Source: Fibrobacteria bacterium (GTDB lineage Bacteria; Fibrobacterota; Chitinivibrionia; Chitinivibrionales; FEN-1185). From it: a stretch of 64,000 bases of DNA. The notes under the pieces were generated by a model that saw only the letters and a list, made by a program, of their open reading frames with translations, was not told where the DNA came from and ran no database searches. The translations under genes were made by a program, and so were the position numbers. Positions 1 to 10,389 of the stretch are shown in pieces. Numbering within the stretch: the stretch's first letter is position 1; the number at the start of each line of letters is the position of its first letter. The stretch covers positions 139,415-203,414 of the forward strand of contig JBBIGR010000004.1 in the NCBI GenBank assembly GCA_037447435.1. Reading direction: 5' to 3'.

Positions 1-1
1 C

Positions 2-457
2 ATGTCCATAGCAACCGATGCCATGAAACTGGGAGCAAGGGCCGTGGTCGATAAAGATCCTTTGGGATTAAGAAGATTATATACGGAAGTATGCCAAACC
101 GCTGCGTTGGCATTTGTGTTGCATGGAAAACAAACGCCTTTTTTAAATTCATTTCTCCATTTACAAAATAAAAACGTGGTTTCATTGGAAGATTGGGCCG
201 AAATTTCGGCAACGCCGGTACGGCAAATCCAAAGAATGTGCGGTCTTCACAATTCATTGACACCTCATTATGCCATAGCATTATACCGGACAATCTTCTT
301 TTTATTATGGCATTCGGATTTTCAGGAAGAAATCATATTGAACCCGATCGATAGTCAAGACAACGAACCTCAATTTAAAGATTATCAGCAGGCCATCGAC
401 TATATCATGAGGAAACTGCCTCATAAGCAACTTCGAGAGATACAGCGTACCGTATGA
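2..457 (+). CDS. Response regulator, 5'-truncated by the window edge (end of a receiver domain plus a possible HTH output)
   Basis: Begins ATDAMKLGARAVVDK, resembling the A-x-x-x-G-A...K end of a REC domain. A helix-rich segment follows (LEDWAEISATPVRQIQRMC). It lies directly upstream of a histidine kinase. Confidence 0.5.
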   Translation: MSIATDAMKLGARAVVDKDPLGLRRLYTEVCQTAALAFVLHGKQTPFLNSFLHLQNKNVVSLEDWAEISATPVRQIQRMCGLHNSLTPHYAIALYRTIFFLLWHSDFQEEIILNPIDSQDNEPQFKDYQQAIDYIMRKLPHKQLREIQRTV

Positions 458-485
458 ACGGCTTAAAAAAAAGTTTTTTTTCCGC

Positions 486-1379
486 ATGCATATTGTTACA
501 ATTGTCATATTTGTATTGAACATTGTTCTTTTTTATACAATCTCACATTTTAAATTACCCCCTTTTATCCCCTATCTATTGGTCGGCGGCTTTTTCATTT
601 CATATTATATGGTATTTCTGCACTTGTTGCGCGCAAAAGAACAAACCATTCAAGACCAGCTGGACACGTTAAAAAACAATCACGGCATGATACGCGGGCA
701 AATGCATGATATTTCCAATTTCGTCGGCACTGCATACGGGTGGTGTCAATCGACATTCAAAACATCGGACCTTGAAAAAAAACGGGAGCATTGGCAAAAA
801 GCAACTTATTCGTTCAATAAGGTTTCAGAACAGTTGCGAACGATTTCGACACTTTTGTCGGACACTGATACTATGGTGCAATTATCATCGATGGCCCCGT
901 CTACATTTATCAACGAACTTCGTTCTTTTGTAAGCCAATCATTTGCATTTGAAACGAAATTGGACGATTCGACCGCCCCGGTATTCCTTCCCCAAAGGAT
1001 TTCCTTTGCAATCCCCCGTCACTTTACCGGCAAGCGACTTGCAATAGATCTGCGAGCGTTCAAAGACGTTCTACGACATCTCGTATCGAATGCGGAAAAA
1101 GCCGATGCAACGTCCATGATCATTCTGTTCAACGAAAACATCGAAAAACAAGAATTGAACATCATCGTTAAGGACAACGGCACGGGTATTCCGCAAAGTA
1201 TGCGCGGCGTTTTATTCAGGGAGAAAATCAATAGTGCCGGCGGCTCGGGAACAGGGCTGTTGCACGTACGGATGATTATAGAAAGTCATGGGGCAAAAAT
1301 ACGGCTCGGCTTGCCGCCTGCCGATTTGCAAGCAAAACAATGCACCGAATTTGTGATTTCGGGTTTGAAACTGGTATAG
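486..1379 (+). CDS. Membrane-bound sensor histidine kinase
   Basis: Two N-terminal TM helices, H-box MHDISN, N-box LVSNAEK, G1 DNGTGIP, G2 GSGTGL. Confidence 0.85.
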   Translation: MHIVTIVIFVLNIVLFYTISHFKLPPFIPYLLVGGFFISYYMVFLHLLRAKEQTIQDQLDTLKNNHGMIRGQMHDISNFVGTAYGWCQSTFKTSDLEKKREHWQKATYSFNKVSEQLRTISTLLSDTDTMVQLSSMAPSTFINELRSFVSQSFAFETKLDDSTAPVFLPQRISFAIPRHFTGKRLAIDLRAFKDVLRHLVSNAEKADATSMIILFNENIEKQELNIIVKDNGTGIPQSMRGVLFREKINSAGGSGTGLLHVRMIIESHGAKIRLGLPPADLQAKQCTEFVISGLKLV

Positions 1380-1430
1380 AAAAGCAAGTAAAAAACAAAC
1401 AACAATCAATTCGGCACATTGCAATTACAA

Positions 1431-1471
1431 ATAAAAAAAGGAGCGATGATCGTTATCGTCCCTTTTTTTAT
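1431..1471. terminator. Bidirectional intrinsic terminator between convergent genes
   Basis: ataaaaaaaggagcgat...atcgtcccttttttta: a hairpin flanked by A and T tracts. Confidence 0.7.
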
Positions 1472-1495
1472 TTAATGCCAATCGCAGACTAAAGG

Positions 1496-3313
1496 TCAAT
1501 CGACATAAAACTGGCTGACATTGTCAATAATTTTTGCACGGTTTTTAATATCCAGATACCAGTCATAATAATTCTTCTGTGCAACATCGTTGAGAATTTT
1601 TCTTTGCATTTCGGTTATTTCTGGGCTGCCCCACGGTATATCGGTAACCTTTTTATGCCACAAAGGCTTTACAATATAAAAAGAACCGCTCGCTTCGATA
1701 AGGCCGGATACCTTGTTATCGGGCAATGCAAATGCCGCAGCAACAGGTTTATTGTTAAATCCGACTCCGGCAATATATTGTTCACGACCGACGGTGTCTG
1801 TGGTACCGCTGACAAACAGCTGATCGAATTTGGAATATTGCGCAACTGCATTTTTATCGGGTATTGATTTCATTACTTCCTCAACATGCGCTTTCGCTTT
1901 TGCTTTCCGCGACGCATCATTAAGGATCGTGGCGATTTTATCTCGTGCTGCAGGGAGAGGCAATATGCCCTTTTTGACTTTGAGCTTCACCTGAACGATA
2001 TAATACCCATTGTCATTTTCCAAGAGATCGGAAACTTCTTTTTCCTCACGCTGGAATGCAAAGGTCGCCGCTCCCGGAACATAACCGAGTTTCGGCATCA
2101 TTTCACCGCGTTTGAACAATCCGGTGGAGTCAACGATAACGGTGGTATCCCGCGGCGTCACGGATTTGATTCCGGATGCGACTATTTTCGCATGCAGGCT
2201 ATCGGCCAAGCTGCTCAATTTATCTATTGTTTCCCCGGAAGGAACAATCTTCCGCAATATATGGCGAGCGCGTACCTGCTCTTTGCCGTCCTTTACCTGA
2301 CGTTCATCGACGAAAATAATATGATAACCGAATCTGGTTTTCACCGGCATTGAAACCGTTTTGGGCTGAATCGAAAACGCAATTTGTTCGAATTCCGGAA
2401 CCATCATGCCTTTGGAAATCCAACCAAGCTCTCCGCCTTGCGCACCGCTTCCCTCATCATCGGATTCCACGCGCGCTTCTTGGGCAAAATTCGAATCGTT
2501 ATTATTGATTTTAGTTCTCAAAGCAACCAATTCGTCGTAAGTGGCTTTTTCATCTGCAGCGGTCGGCGATTTGGGAATGCGCACAAAATACAAATCCGCC
2601 TGATCGGGGGTCGTAAAAGAATCCTGATGCGCTTGATAATATTCGGATATTTTCGCATCGGTCACAGGGTCCGGTGAAAACCGGTCGCTGTTAAGAGCGG
2701 CATATTCGAAAACCGCTTTTTCTTTTTGTACTTTGTAATCGTAGGCGAGTTCCGCATTCGATTGGAAATTCTGCATAGACAATAGAAAACGAAGCGATTG
2801 CATGGGCACAAGGAAATCCCTCGTGTATTTTTCGAGCGATTGCATTCCTTCATTTTCGTAAATTGCGGGATTGTTTAAAAAAGCAATGAATTTCGTGGTA
2901 TCGAAGACGCTGTCGGTTTGGAATTGTTTTGCCTGATACACTTCCGGCGGAGGATTGCGTTTGATATATTCGAATATTTCGTCGGCAGAGGCACCGATGT
3001 TCATCTTCGCAAAAACGTCCTTGAGCAACAAGCGGCTTACTTCGGTTTCCCAGACTTGTTTCGGTACCATTCTGCTTTGTGCCGCAGGAACTTCCGCACC
3101 CTGGTATTGTTCGCGTTGCTTTTCACGTTCCGCACTCACCATTTTATCGAAATAGCGAAGGGATATATCTTTTCCATTTACCTTGCCGACGGCATCCTTC
3201 ACCCGGTCGCGGCTCGAGAGGTCCATTCCCCAGGCAAAAACGATTGTCGCGACAAACGCGACAATAACGATCCACATGATAACCGCAGCATTTTTCCTCA
3301 TCGACTGAATCAT
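1496..3313 (-). CDS. PpiD/SurA-family periplasmic chaperone and parvulin peptidyl-prolyl isomerase
   Basis: N-terminal anchor (VIMWIVIVAFVATIVFAWG), SurA_N-like region, rotamase motifs SDDEGSGAQGGELGW and PVKTRFGYHII. Start placed at MIQSMRK. Confidence 0.85.
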   Translation of the reverse strand: MIQSMRKNAAVIMWIVIVAFVATIVFAWGMDLSSRDRVKDAVGKVNGKDISLRYFDKMVSAEREKQREQYQGAEVPAAQSRMVPKQVWETEVSRLLLKDVFAKMNIGASADEIFEYIKRNPPPEVYQAKQFQTDSVFDTTKFIAFLNNPAIYENEGMQSLEKYTRDFLVPMQSLRFLLSMQNFQSNAELAYDYKVQKEKAVFEYAALNSDRFSPDPVTDAKISEYYQAHQDSFTTPDQADLYFVRIPKSPTAADEKATYDELVALRTKINNNDSNFAQEARVESDDEGSGAQGGELGWISKGMMVPEFEQIAFSIQPKTVSMPVKTRFGYHIIFVDERQVKDGKEQVRARHILRKIVPSGETIDKLSSLADSLHAKIVASGIKSVTPRDTTVIVDSTGLFKRGEMMPKLGYVPGAATFAFQREEKEVSDLLENDNGYYIVQVKLKVKKGILPLPAARDKIATILNDASRKAKAKAHVEEVMKSIPDKNAVAQYSKFDQLFVSGTTDTVGREQYIAGVGFNNKPVAAAFALPDNKVSGLIEASGSFYIVKPLWHKKVTDIPWGSPEITEMQRKILNDVAQKNYYDWYLDIKNRAKIIDNVSQFYVD

Positions 3314-3369
3314 AGCTTTTCTCCAGAACAAATGGTGTTAAATCGGGTGACACATGTAATACAAACAAA

Positions 3370-5217
3370 TCATTTCGTTTTTAATTTGAGCAAACTTTCG
3401 TACACGGCTTTATTACTGATAATCGCCAAGGCGCTTTTGAATTGCGAATCATCAAGCAGCTTCTGACGATTCACAAAATCGTTATCCTGTCCCAACTCCC
3501 GGACTAAAAACGCGTCGCGAAGATATGTTTTGATTTCCGTCTCATTTTTTGTAAACTCGCGCTTGTTTTCATCTGCCAAAATAGCTGCCAGCTGCGCACT
3601 GATTTTCTTTAAATGGTCCTGTTCCTCTTTAGTCCAATCGGGTTTGTTGCGCATTTTATTCAACGAATCGGCAACCGCTTTCTTCGTCGAATCTTTTACG
3701 GACGCCTCGTCGATGATGCCGGCACGGACCTTGAATTCGTCGAATACGATTTGCGCATAGCTTTGATAATTGAACTTTATTGAATCCAAATACGTATAGA
3801 AGTCCTTAAGTACGGCATTGTCTATTGCAAATGAATTGTCGATTTTGAGCTTCTTGGCTTTTAATTTCGGGTATTCGACATTTGCAAAGCCGAAGAACGC
3901 ATCTTTAAGGAATAAAGCACGAATTAAAATTTCCGGGTATTTCTGTTGTACGACAGTGTCGGGAATGATTCCGCCTCCGCCGTGAACAATGCGACCTTTG
4001 TTTGTTTTATACGTTGTCGTATCGGTCTTCGAAGCGCTCTTGCCCGTACTGTCTTTTTTAACAGAGTCTTTCGTCGCACCGTCTTCGGAATCCTCATCGT
4101 CCGATTTTTTCTTTCCGCGAATACCGTTTTCCGGTTTATTGATGCAACGGCCCGAAGGGGTGTAGTAAAAAGCCGTGGTTATTTTCATATGGTTGACGTC
4201 GTCGATAGGCAGGATACTTTGCACCGAGCCTTTACCGAACGTCGTATCGCCCACGATCACTCCTCTATCCCAGTCTTGAATGGCTCCGGATACGATTTCC
4301 GAGGCGCTGGCGCTGCCGTTATTGACCAAAACGACCAACGGAATTTCGGGCGGAAGTATCGGATTGGTTGTCACATAGGATTCCTTATTCTGGTTGGCGA
4401 TTCTTCCCCGAGTATACACAACCAGCGATTTTTTTGGCAGAAATTTTTCCGAAACTTCAATTGCCTGCGGCAATAACCCGCCCGGATTGTAGCGAAGGTC
4501 CAATATCACGCCTTTGATGTTCTTTTTAAGCAATTCTTTGAGCGCTTTTTCAACTTCGCTGCCGGCTTCTTCGGAAAATTGTTTCAAAGCGACATAACCG
4601 ATACCGTTATCAAACACGCCCGAATACGGAACCGATTTGATATGAATTATTTCCCGGGTTATCGTATAATCGAGGTCTTTGGGTTCACCGCGCCGGCGGA
4701 TGGTGATGGAAACATCGGTGCCGGGTTCGCCGCGAAGTTTGCCTACTGCCTGATCGATGGTTATGCCGTCTGTTGATTTTCCGGAAATCTTGAGGATTTG
4801 ATCACCCGATTGTATTCCGGACCGTTCGGCTGGAGTACCGGGGATAGGCGTCATGACCGTCAGCACTTTGTCGCGAATGGAAATCTGAATGCCCAAGCCG
4901 CCGAATTTTCCTTCGGTTTGGATCATTAATTCTTCGTACTGTTTTTTCTCAAAGTAATTAGTGTGCGGATCGAGGATTTGCAGCATTCCGTCTATTGCAT
5001 TGTCAACCAGTTTTTTGGAATCGATGCTTTCAACGTAATTTTGATGAATTTTCGTGGCAACCCGTTCGAGTCGCATTATGTCGGCGTAAAAATTATCGTT
5101 TTCCGCTTTGGTAACGTCAAAAGCCAAGCCGGCAATAATAACGATAAGAATTGCCAGGCCAACCAAAGGTATCCGCGGGGACATGGGTTTGGGTCCGTTT
5201 CCATTTGTGCTATTCAT
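3370..5217 (-). CDS. ctpA: S41 family carboxyl-terminal processing protease
   Basis: LDPHT, PDZ motif GKFGGLGI, DLRYNPGGLL, SASASEIV, TFGKGSVQ, GGGIIPD. Confidence 0.92.
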   Translation of the reverse strand: MNSTNGNGPKPMSPRIPLVGLAILIVIIAGLAFDVTKAENDNFYADIMRLERVATKIHQNYVESIDSKKLVDNAIDGMLQILDPHTNYFEKKQYEELMIQTEGKFGGLGIQISIRDKVLTVMTPIPGTPAERSGIQSGDQILKISGKSTDGITIDQAVGKLRGEPGTDVSITIRRRGEPKDLDYTITREIIHIKSVPYSGVFDNGIGYVALKQFSEEAGSEVEKALKELLKKNIKGVILDLRYNPGGLLPQAIEVSEKFLPKKSLVVYTRGRIANQNKESYVTTNPILPPEIPLVVLVNNGSASASEIVSGAIQDWDRGVIVGDTTFGKGSVQSILPIDDVNHMKITTAFYYTPSGRCINKPENGIRGKKKSDDEDSEDGATKDSVKKDSTGKSASKTDTTTYKTNKGRIVHGGGGIIPDTVVQQKYPEILIRALFLKDAFFGFANVEYPKLKAKKLKIDNSFAIDNAVLKDFYTYLDSIKFNYQSYAQIVFDEFKVRAGIIDEASVKDSTKKAVADSLNKMRNKPDWTKEEQDHLKKISAQLAAILADENKREFTKNETEIKTYLRDAFLVRELGQDNDFVNRQKLLDDSQFKSALAIISNKAVYESLLKLKTK

Positions 5218-5354
5218 TCGTCTGCTTCCTTTAAGCCTTGTTCAAAAGGCCTTAAAAATGTTACGCTGGGCAGCTATTCGTACCTATAAAAGTGCAAAGT
5301 TTTTAAAATACATCAGAAACGATAAATTCCATACTATTTATTCTCATACGGGTA

Positions 5355-5978
5355 TTATTGCAAACGTCCCATGATCGAATCCAAAACTTTTTTAGACAAA
5401 CCATCCATGGTTTCACTGCCTTGCAAAAGTACGATTCTCTGCGGATTTTTTCTGGCCAAAGCCAAATATCCTTCCCTGACCCTCATAAAAAAATCCCTGC
5501 CGCTCGACTCAAGCCGGTCGGGTAATTTATCGGACTTTTTCAACCTTTCGATCGAAACATCGACATCGACATCAAAAATAAAGGTGAGCGCCGGCTCGAT
5601 ACCGGACGTGGAAAACGCATTGAGTTGCAACAGCGTATCCATGGAAAATCCGCGCCCAAACCCTTGATAGGCAAATGTCGCCTCCTGAAACCGGTCGCAC
5701 AGTACCACCTCGCCGCGAGCCAATGCCGGTCCGATCACTTCGCGACAATGCTGCGCACGAGCCGCAAAATACAACAGCGCTTCGCATTCATTGCTCATTT
5801 GTGAATTGTCGGGAGATAACAGCACGGTACGGATCTGTTCGGCGATATTCGTCCCGCCCGGTTCCCGGGTGACAAGATACGGCAGTTTTTTGTTTTTTAA
5901 TGCGGTTGCGGCCATTGCAACTTGCGTGCTTTTGCCGCAGCCGTCGATGCCTTCGAAGGTTACAAACAATCCGCTCAT
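5355..5978 (-). CDS. tmk: Thymidylate kinase
   Basis: [16 protein letters not shown]-loop, TREPGGT, CDRF, AYQG. The ATG overlaps the secA stop (ATGA). Confidence 0.95.
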   Translation of the reverse strand: MSGLFVTFEGIDGCGKSTQVAMAATALKNKKLPYLVTREPGGTNIAEQIRTVLLSPDNSQMSNECEALLYFAARAQHCREVIGPALARGEVVLCDRFQEATFAYQGFGRGFSMDTLLQLNAFSTSGIEPALTFIFDVDVDVSIERLKKSDKLPDRLESSGRDFFMRVREGYLALARKNPQRIVLLQGSETMDGLSKKVLDSIMGRLQ

Positions 5979-8900
5979 GTCGCACCGTGACATTTTTTGT
6001 ATTTTTTCCCGCTTCCGCACGGGCACGGATCGTTTCTCCCAACCGCCAGCGCAACATTGACTACAGGGGCACGCTTGGCAGGGCCGTCACCCTGCGGCGC
6101 CCGGTTTGTCGAGGTTTGCTGCGGTTGCGGCATGGGTTGCGCCTCTCCTGCCGACGAAAATATGTCAAATGCCCCGTGAATCGTCTGGCTGCGCTGCAAG
6201 CCCATCCGGTCTTCCTCGGCAGAAACAGCTTCCAGTCTGAAAACCATGGATGCGACCTCTCGCGCAATACCGTCACGAAGCTCCTCAAACATTTTCACGC
6301 CTTCGCGTTGATATTCGTAAAGCGGGTTTTTCTGGCCAAACGCACGATATTGGACGCCGCCTTTCAAATGGTCCATTTCGTACAGATGGTCTTTCCATAA
6401 ATTGTCGATCACCATAAGGAAAACACCGCGCTCGAATTGACGCATGACATCGGCGCCAAGACGCGATTCTTTTTCTTCATACCGCGCCTTGACAAGTTTC
6501 CATATGTCGTCGAACAGTTCATCGATGGTCGACACTTTACTTTCCGGATAAATAACCCCGTACAACATCTGCAATTCTTTTTGCAGGTCTTTGAGGTTCC
6601 ATGATTCCGCGGTCTTGTTCGCTCCTGCATATTTGTAAATGAGCGACTCCAGAATGGCGGCAAGTTGATCTAAAATTTCGTCCTTGATGTCCTCGCCTTT
6701 TAATATCCTTTGGCGCAAGCCGTAAATTTCCTTGCGCTGCAAATTCATGACATCATCGTATTCTTTGAGGTGCTTGCGTATTTCGAAGTTGCGGGCCTCG
6801 ACGCGTTTCTGCGCATTACCGATCGCGCCGGTCACAAAACGATGCGAAATGACTTCGCCTTCCTGCGCCCCAAGCCTGTCCATGATACCTGCAATGCGTT
6901 CGGACCCGAAAATGCGCATGAGGTCGTCGTCGAGCGAAAGGAAAAACTTTGACGACCCGGGGTCGCCCTGTCGTCCGGCTCGGCCGCGTAACTGATTATC
7001 GATACGGCGGGCCTCGTGACGTTCGGTACCGATGATGTGCAATCCGCCCAAACCGACGACGGTCTGGTGTTCTTCGTCGAGCTGCTTGAACAATTTTGCA
7101 AACCGTTTGCGTTTTTCATCGAGCGTCAAGTCTTCGGGCTCAATGCCTTCCTTGACAAGTTCGTTGTTTGCATGGGCTTCGAAATTTCCGCCCAAAACGA
7201 TATCGGTACCGCGACCGGCCATATTGGTCGCTATGGTAACGGATTTGAGACGTCCTGCCTGCGAAATGATTTGCGCTTCCCGCGCATGTTGTTTCGCATT
7301 AAGCACTTCGTGCTGTATTCCCGCACGCAGCAACAATTTGCTTAAGATTTCCGATTTTTCAATCGAGGTCGTCCCCACCAGCACCGGCCTGCCCTTTTCG
7401 TTCATCTCGCCGATTTCCTTGACAACGGCGGCATACTTTTCCTTGTTGGTACGGTATATTTCGTCTTCGAAATCGTTGCGGTTGAGGGGGCGATGCGAGG
7501 GAATGGTGACGACGTCTAATTTGTAAATCTCGTGAAATTCGCCCGCTTCCGTGATCGCAGTCCCGGTCATGCCCGAAAGTTTGTTATACATCTTGAAAAA
7601 ATTCTGAAATGTAATGGTGGCCAGGGTTTGATTTTCGCCGGCGACCTTGACGCCTTCCTTTGCTTCGACGGCCTGGTGCAACCCCTCGCTCCAGCGTCTC
7701 CCGTGCAAAATACGGCCGGTAAATTCGTCGACAATGAGGATTTGACCTTCTTGCACGACGTAGTCGACGTCTTTTTCGAACAGCGAATATGCCCGCAAAA
7801 GCTGCGATACGCTATGTATACGTTCCGACCGCTCCGAATGAGCCCGATGCGCTTCTTCGCGTTTTTCGGATTTTTCAATTGGCGACAGGGATTCGTCGGC
7901 ATCGATTTTCCCGATCAGGTCGGACAAATCGGGCACCACGAAAAAATCGGGGTTCGAACCGCCGATGAGTTCCCGGCCTTTTTCGGTCATTTCGGCGCTG
8001 TGTCCCGATTCATCGATGGAATAGAACAATTCCTCATCTATTTCATGCAGTTTCCGTTCGCGCAGAAAATCGGTTTCAACCTGTTTCATGTACTGCGACA
8101 CGCCCTGTTCCTTAAGGAAATTGATAAGCTTTGGATTTTTAGGCGATCCTCGTTTGACAATAAGGAGTTTTAGCCCCAGTTCGTATTCTTTTCCTTCTTT
8201 TCCGACAAGTTGCTCTATTTCGCCGAGTACCTTTTGAATGAGTTGGACCTGGGCGTTGACCAGACGTTCGACACGCGGTTTGAGTTCTTCGTATTCCCGG
8301 TTCGATTTTGTGACCGGGCCCGAAATAATAAGCGGCGTACGCGCCTCATCGATGAGAATATTGTCGACCTCGTCGATGACGGCGAAATTGAGTTCTCGCT
8401 GCACGAGCTGAGACGGCGACGAAGCCATATTGTCGCGCAGGTAATCGAAGCCGTATTCGTTGTTCGTGCCGTACGTAATATCGCATAAATAGGCGTCGCG
8501 GCGTTCCTGCGTCCCGGGCTCGGTCGTGTCCAAACACCCGACGGTAAGCCCTAAAAAGGAATGAATACGGCCCATCCATTCGCTGTCGCGCCTGGAAAGA
8601 TAATCGTTGACCGTAACCACATGGACACCTTTGCCCGACAACGCATTTAAATACGCGGCCATGGCGGCAACCTGGGTTTTTCCTTCCCCGGTTTTCATCT
8701 CGGAAATATTTCCCTGATGCAAGGTAATCGCACCCATGACCTGGACGTCGAAGTGGTACATGTATGGAATTTCGGTTTTGAAAACCGGATCGAAAACAGT
8801 GCGTTTTTCGCCAAGGACTCGATGCGTTGCTTCCCGAAAAACAGCAAACGCCTCGGGCAAAACGTCATCGAGCGTTGAACCGGCCGAAAGCCGTTGCTTA

Positions 8901-9052
8901 AATTCGTCCGTTTTTGCCTTGAGCTGATCATCCGTCAATGCACGGATACTGTCTTTGAAACTATTGACCGCATCGACTATGGGTTTGATGCGTTTCATGT
9001 CGCGGTCCTGCTTCGAGCCGAACATTGCACCTAAAATTTTCAACATCAGCAT
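5975..9052 (-). CDS. secA: Preprotein translocase ATPase SecA
   Basis: [53 protein letters not shown]-terminal SEC-C motif [13 protein letters not shown]. Confidence 0.99.
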   Translation of the reverse strand: MLMLKILGAMFGSKQDRDMKRIKPIVDAVNSFKDSIRALTDDQLKAKTDEFKQRLSAGSTLDDVLPEAFAVFREATHRVLGEKRTVFDPVFKTEIPYMYHFDVQVMGAITLHQGNISEMKTGEGKTQVAAMAAYLNALSGKGVHVVTVNDYLSRRDSEWMGRIHSFLGLTVGCLDTTEPGTQERRDAYLCDITYGTNNEYGFDYLRDNMASSPSQLVQRELNFAVIDEVDNILIDEARTPLIISGPVTKSNREYEELKPRVERLVNAQVQLIQKVLGEIEQLVGKEGKEYELGLKLLIVKRGSPKNPKLINFLKEQGVSQYMKQVETDFLRERKLHEIDEELFYSIDESGHSAEMTEKGRELIGGSNPDFFVVPDLSDLIGKIDADESLSPIEKSEKREEAHRAHSERSERIHSVSQLLRAYSLFEKDVDYVVQEGQILIVDEFTGRILHGRRWSEGLHQAVEAKEGVKVAGENQTLATITFQNFFKMYNKLSGMTGTAITEAGEFHEIYKLDVVTIPSHRPLNRNDFEDEIYRTNKEKYAAVVKEIGEMNEKGRPVLVGTTSIEKSEILSKLLLRAGIQHEVLNAKQHAREAQIISQAGRLKSVTIATNMAGRGTDIVLGGNFEAHANNELVKEGIEPEDLTLDEKRKRFAKLFKQLDEEHQTVVGLGGLHIIGTERHEARRIDNQLRGRAGRQGDPGSSKFFLSLDDDLMRIFGSERIAGIMDRLGAQEGEVISHRFVTGAIGNAQKRVEARNFEIRKHLKEYDDVMNLQRKEIYGLRQRILKGEDIKDEILDQLAAILESLIYKYAGANKTAESWNLKDLQKELQMLYGVIYPESKVSTIDELFDDIWKLVKARYEEKESRLGADVMRQFERGVFLMVIDNLWKDHLYEMDHLKGGVQYRAFGQKNPLYEYQREGVKMFEELRDGIAREVASMVFRLEAVSAEEDRMGLQRSQTIHGAFDIFSSAGEAQPMPQPQQTSTNRAPQGDGPAKRAPVVNVALAVGRNDPCPCGSGKKYKKCHGAT

Positions 9053-9065
9053 AAAAAATTCCGCC

Positions 9066-9752
9066 TTATCTTTCTTGTTGCAACGTAAATTCCGTAAATT
9101 CTATATCTGCGATTTGACCTTTTTCGAGTAAAGAATTGAGTCCCGACCTAAGGCCTATGCGCAGCGAATCGACGACGATATCGTCGAGTGATTTTCCAGA
9201 CAGTGATTTTTGAACCATGACTTTCAAATTATCGCGTTTTACAAGGATTTCCTTTTTTAAATCTTTATTGGCCGAAAACGACAGCTTAAGCGACACCTTC
9301 AACTTGGGTTGTGTTTTATCAATTAACTTACACAATATTCCCGCGAGTGCGACGGAATCTTTCGGCAAATCGGCCACAACGGGAAGGGATTCCTGTACAA
9401 TTTTTTGCGTCGGTTCAACCGCTTTTTGAATCGGTTGGGGTTCGGCTTTTTTTGGCACAACCGCATTGTCTTTGGGCCTTTGTTCAATTTTCTCCTGCGG
9501 TGCCTTGACTTCTTCGACAGCCGGTTTTTCAACGGTTGAAAAAACAGCGTCATTTTGCGGTTGAGCAGACTGTGCCGATTCCCGGGCAGCCTGTACCGGC
9601 GATTCATTTTTCTTGTTTTTCGAAAGCAATAAATCACTGTTATTGCGGATAAAAAGTCCTATTGCGAAACCGACGGCTAAGATGCCGACAATTATCCAGA
9701 GGATATTTTTAGATTGTCCGCGTTTTTTATCCGCCCATGAAGATTCAGCCAT
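9066..9752 (-). CDS. FliL-like single-pass membrane protein
   Basis: N-terminal TM, Pro/Glu/Lys-rich linker, C-terminal domain resembling FliL (LKVSLKL...[21 protein letters not shown]). Confidence 0.6.
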   Translation of the reverse strand: MAESSWADKKRGQSKNILWIIVGILAVGFAIGLFIRNNSDLLLSKNKKNESPVQAARESAQSAQPQNDAVFSTVEKPAVEEVKAPQEKIEQRPKDNAVVPKKAEPQPIQKAVEPTQKIVQESLPVVADLPKDSVALAGILCKLIDKTQPKLKVSLKLSFSANKDLKKEILVKRDNLKVMVQKSLSGKSLDDIVVDSLRIGLRSGLNSLLEKGQIADIEFTEFTLQQER

Positions 9753-9841
9753 TACACACCATAAAAAACGCCGGCATCACAATTCGCAGGCAGAATAAAG
9801 GGTTATCCGAGAAATAGTTTTGAGAATACTGCCGCACAGGT

Positions 9842-10156
9842 TCATGCTTCCTCAACTTTGCAAGAAAGAGGCACGCCACGGGAAAACTTATCAACTAAAT
9901 CGCCCAAAAGCTTTTGCTGTTCGGCGTTTAGCGATTCAAAATGCATCCCGAGCCTAAAGCCTTGAACACGTTCCTGGCAATACACGACACGTGCACTTAA
10001 TTTCAGGGAATTAATCGTAATGGAAAGAACAGCGTCCTTTTCTTTTTTCTTATCGTGATGGCAGCAAACGCCTGTTTTGCTCAAATCAAAAAGCACAGGT
10101 TCATTTTCACCGTTAAGATTAAGAAACTCAATGCGTTCGCTGGCTCTGTCCTTCAT
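9842..10156 (-). CDS. Stand-alone PilZ domain protein (c-di-GMP receptor)
   Basis: RxxxR (RASER), DxSxxG (DLSKTG), ARVVY and GMHF strands. SD sequence aggag upstream. Confidence 0.8.
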   Translation of the reverse strand: MKDRASERIEFLNLNGENEPVLFDLSKTGVCCHHDKKKEKDAVLSITINSLKLSARVVYCQERVQGFRLGMHFESLNAEQQKLLGDLVDKFSRGVPLSCKVEEA

Positions 10157-10389
10157 ACGTTTCTCCTGGTAATGGGATTAGAAGGAACCCATAGCAAATG
10201 CTGTGGGGACCACGGCCCGGATATAAAGATATTATTATAGATATGGCTTTGTAAAAATAATTATCGTTATATGCGCATTTGGGATTTTTTTCAAAAAAAG
10301 AAGTTTTCCTCAATCCTGGCCATATCCGGCCCTTGGACATTGTTAACCCCGAGATTGTTTCTTTGTTATCGGTCCGAGAATATGCGGTT

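Noticed and set aside
10157..10389. Long leader before the PilZ gene, checked for a c-di-GMP riboswitch
   Set aside because: No GEMM-like architecture was recognised, only small hairpins and an AT-rich promoter-like tract. An Rfam/Infernal scan would be needed to exclude it fully.
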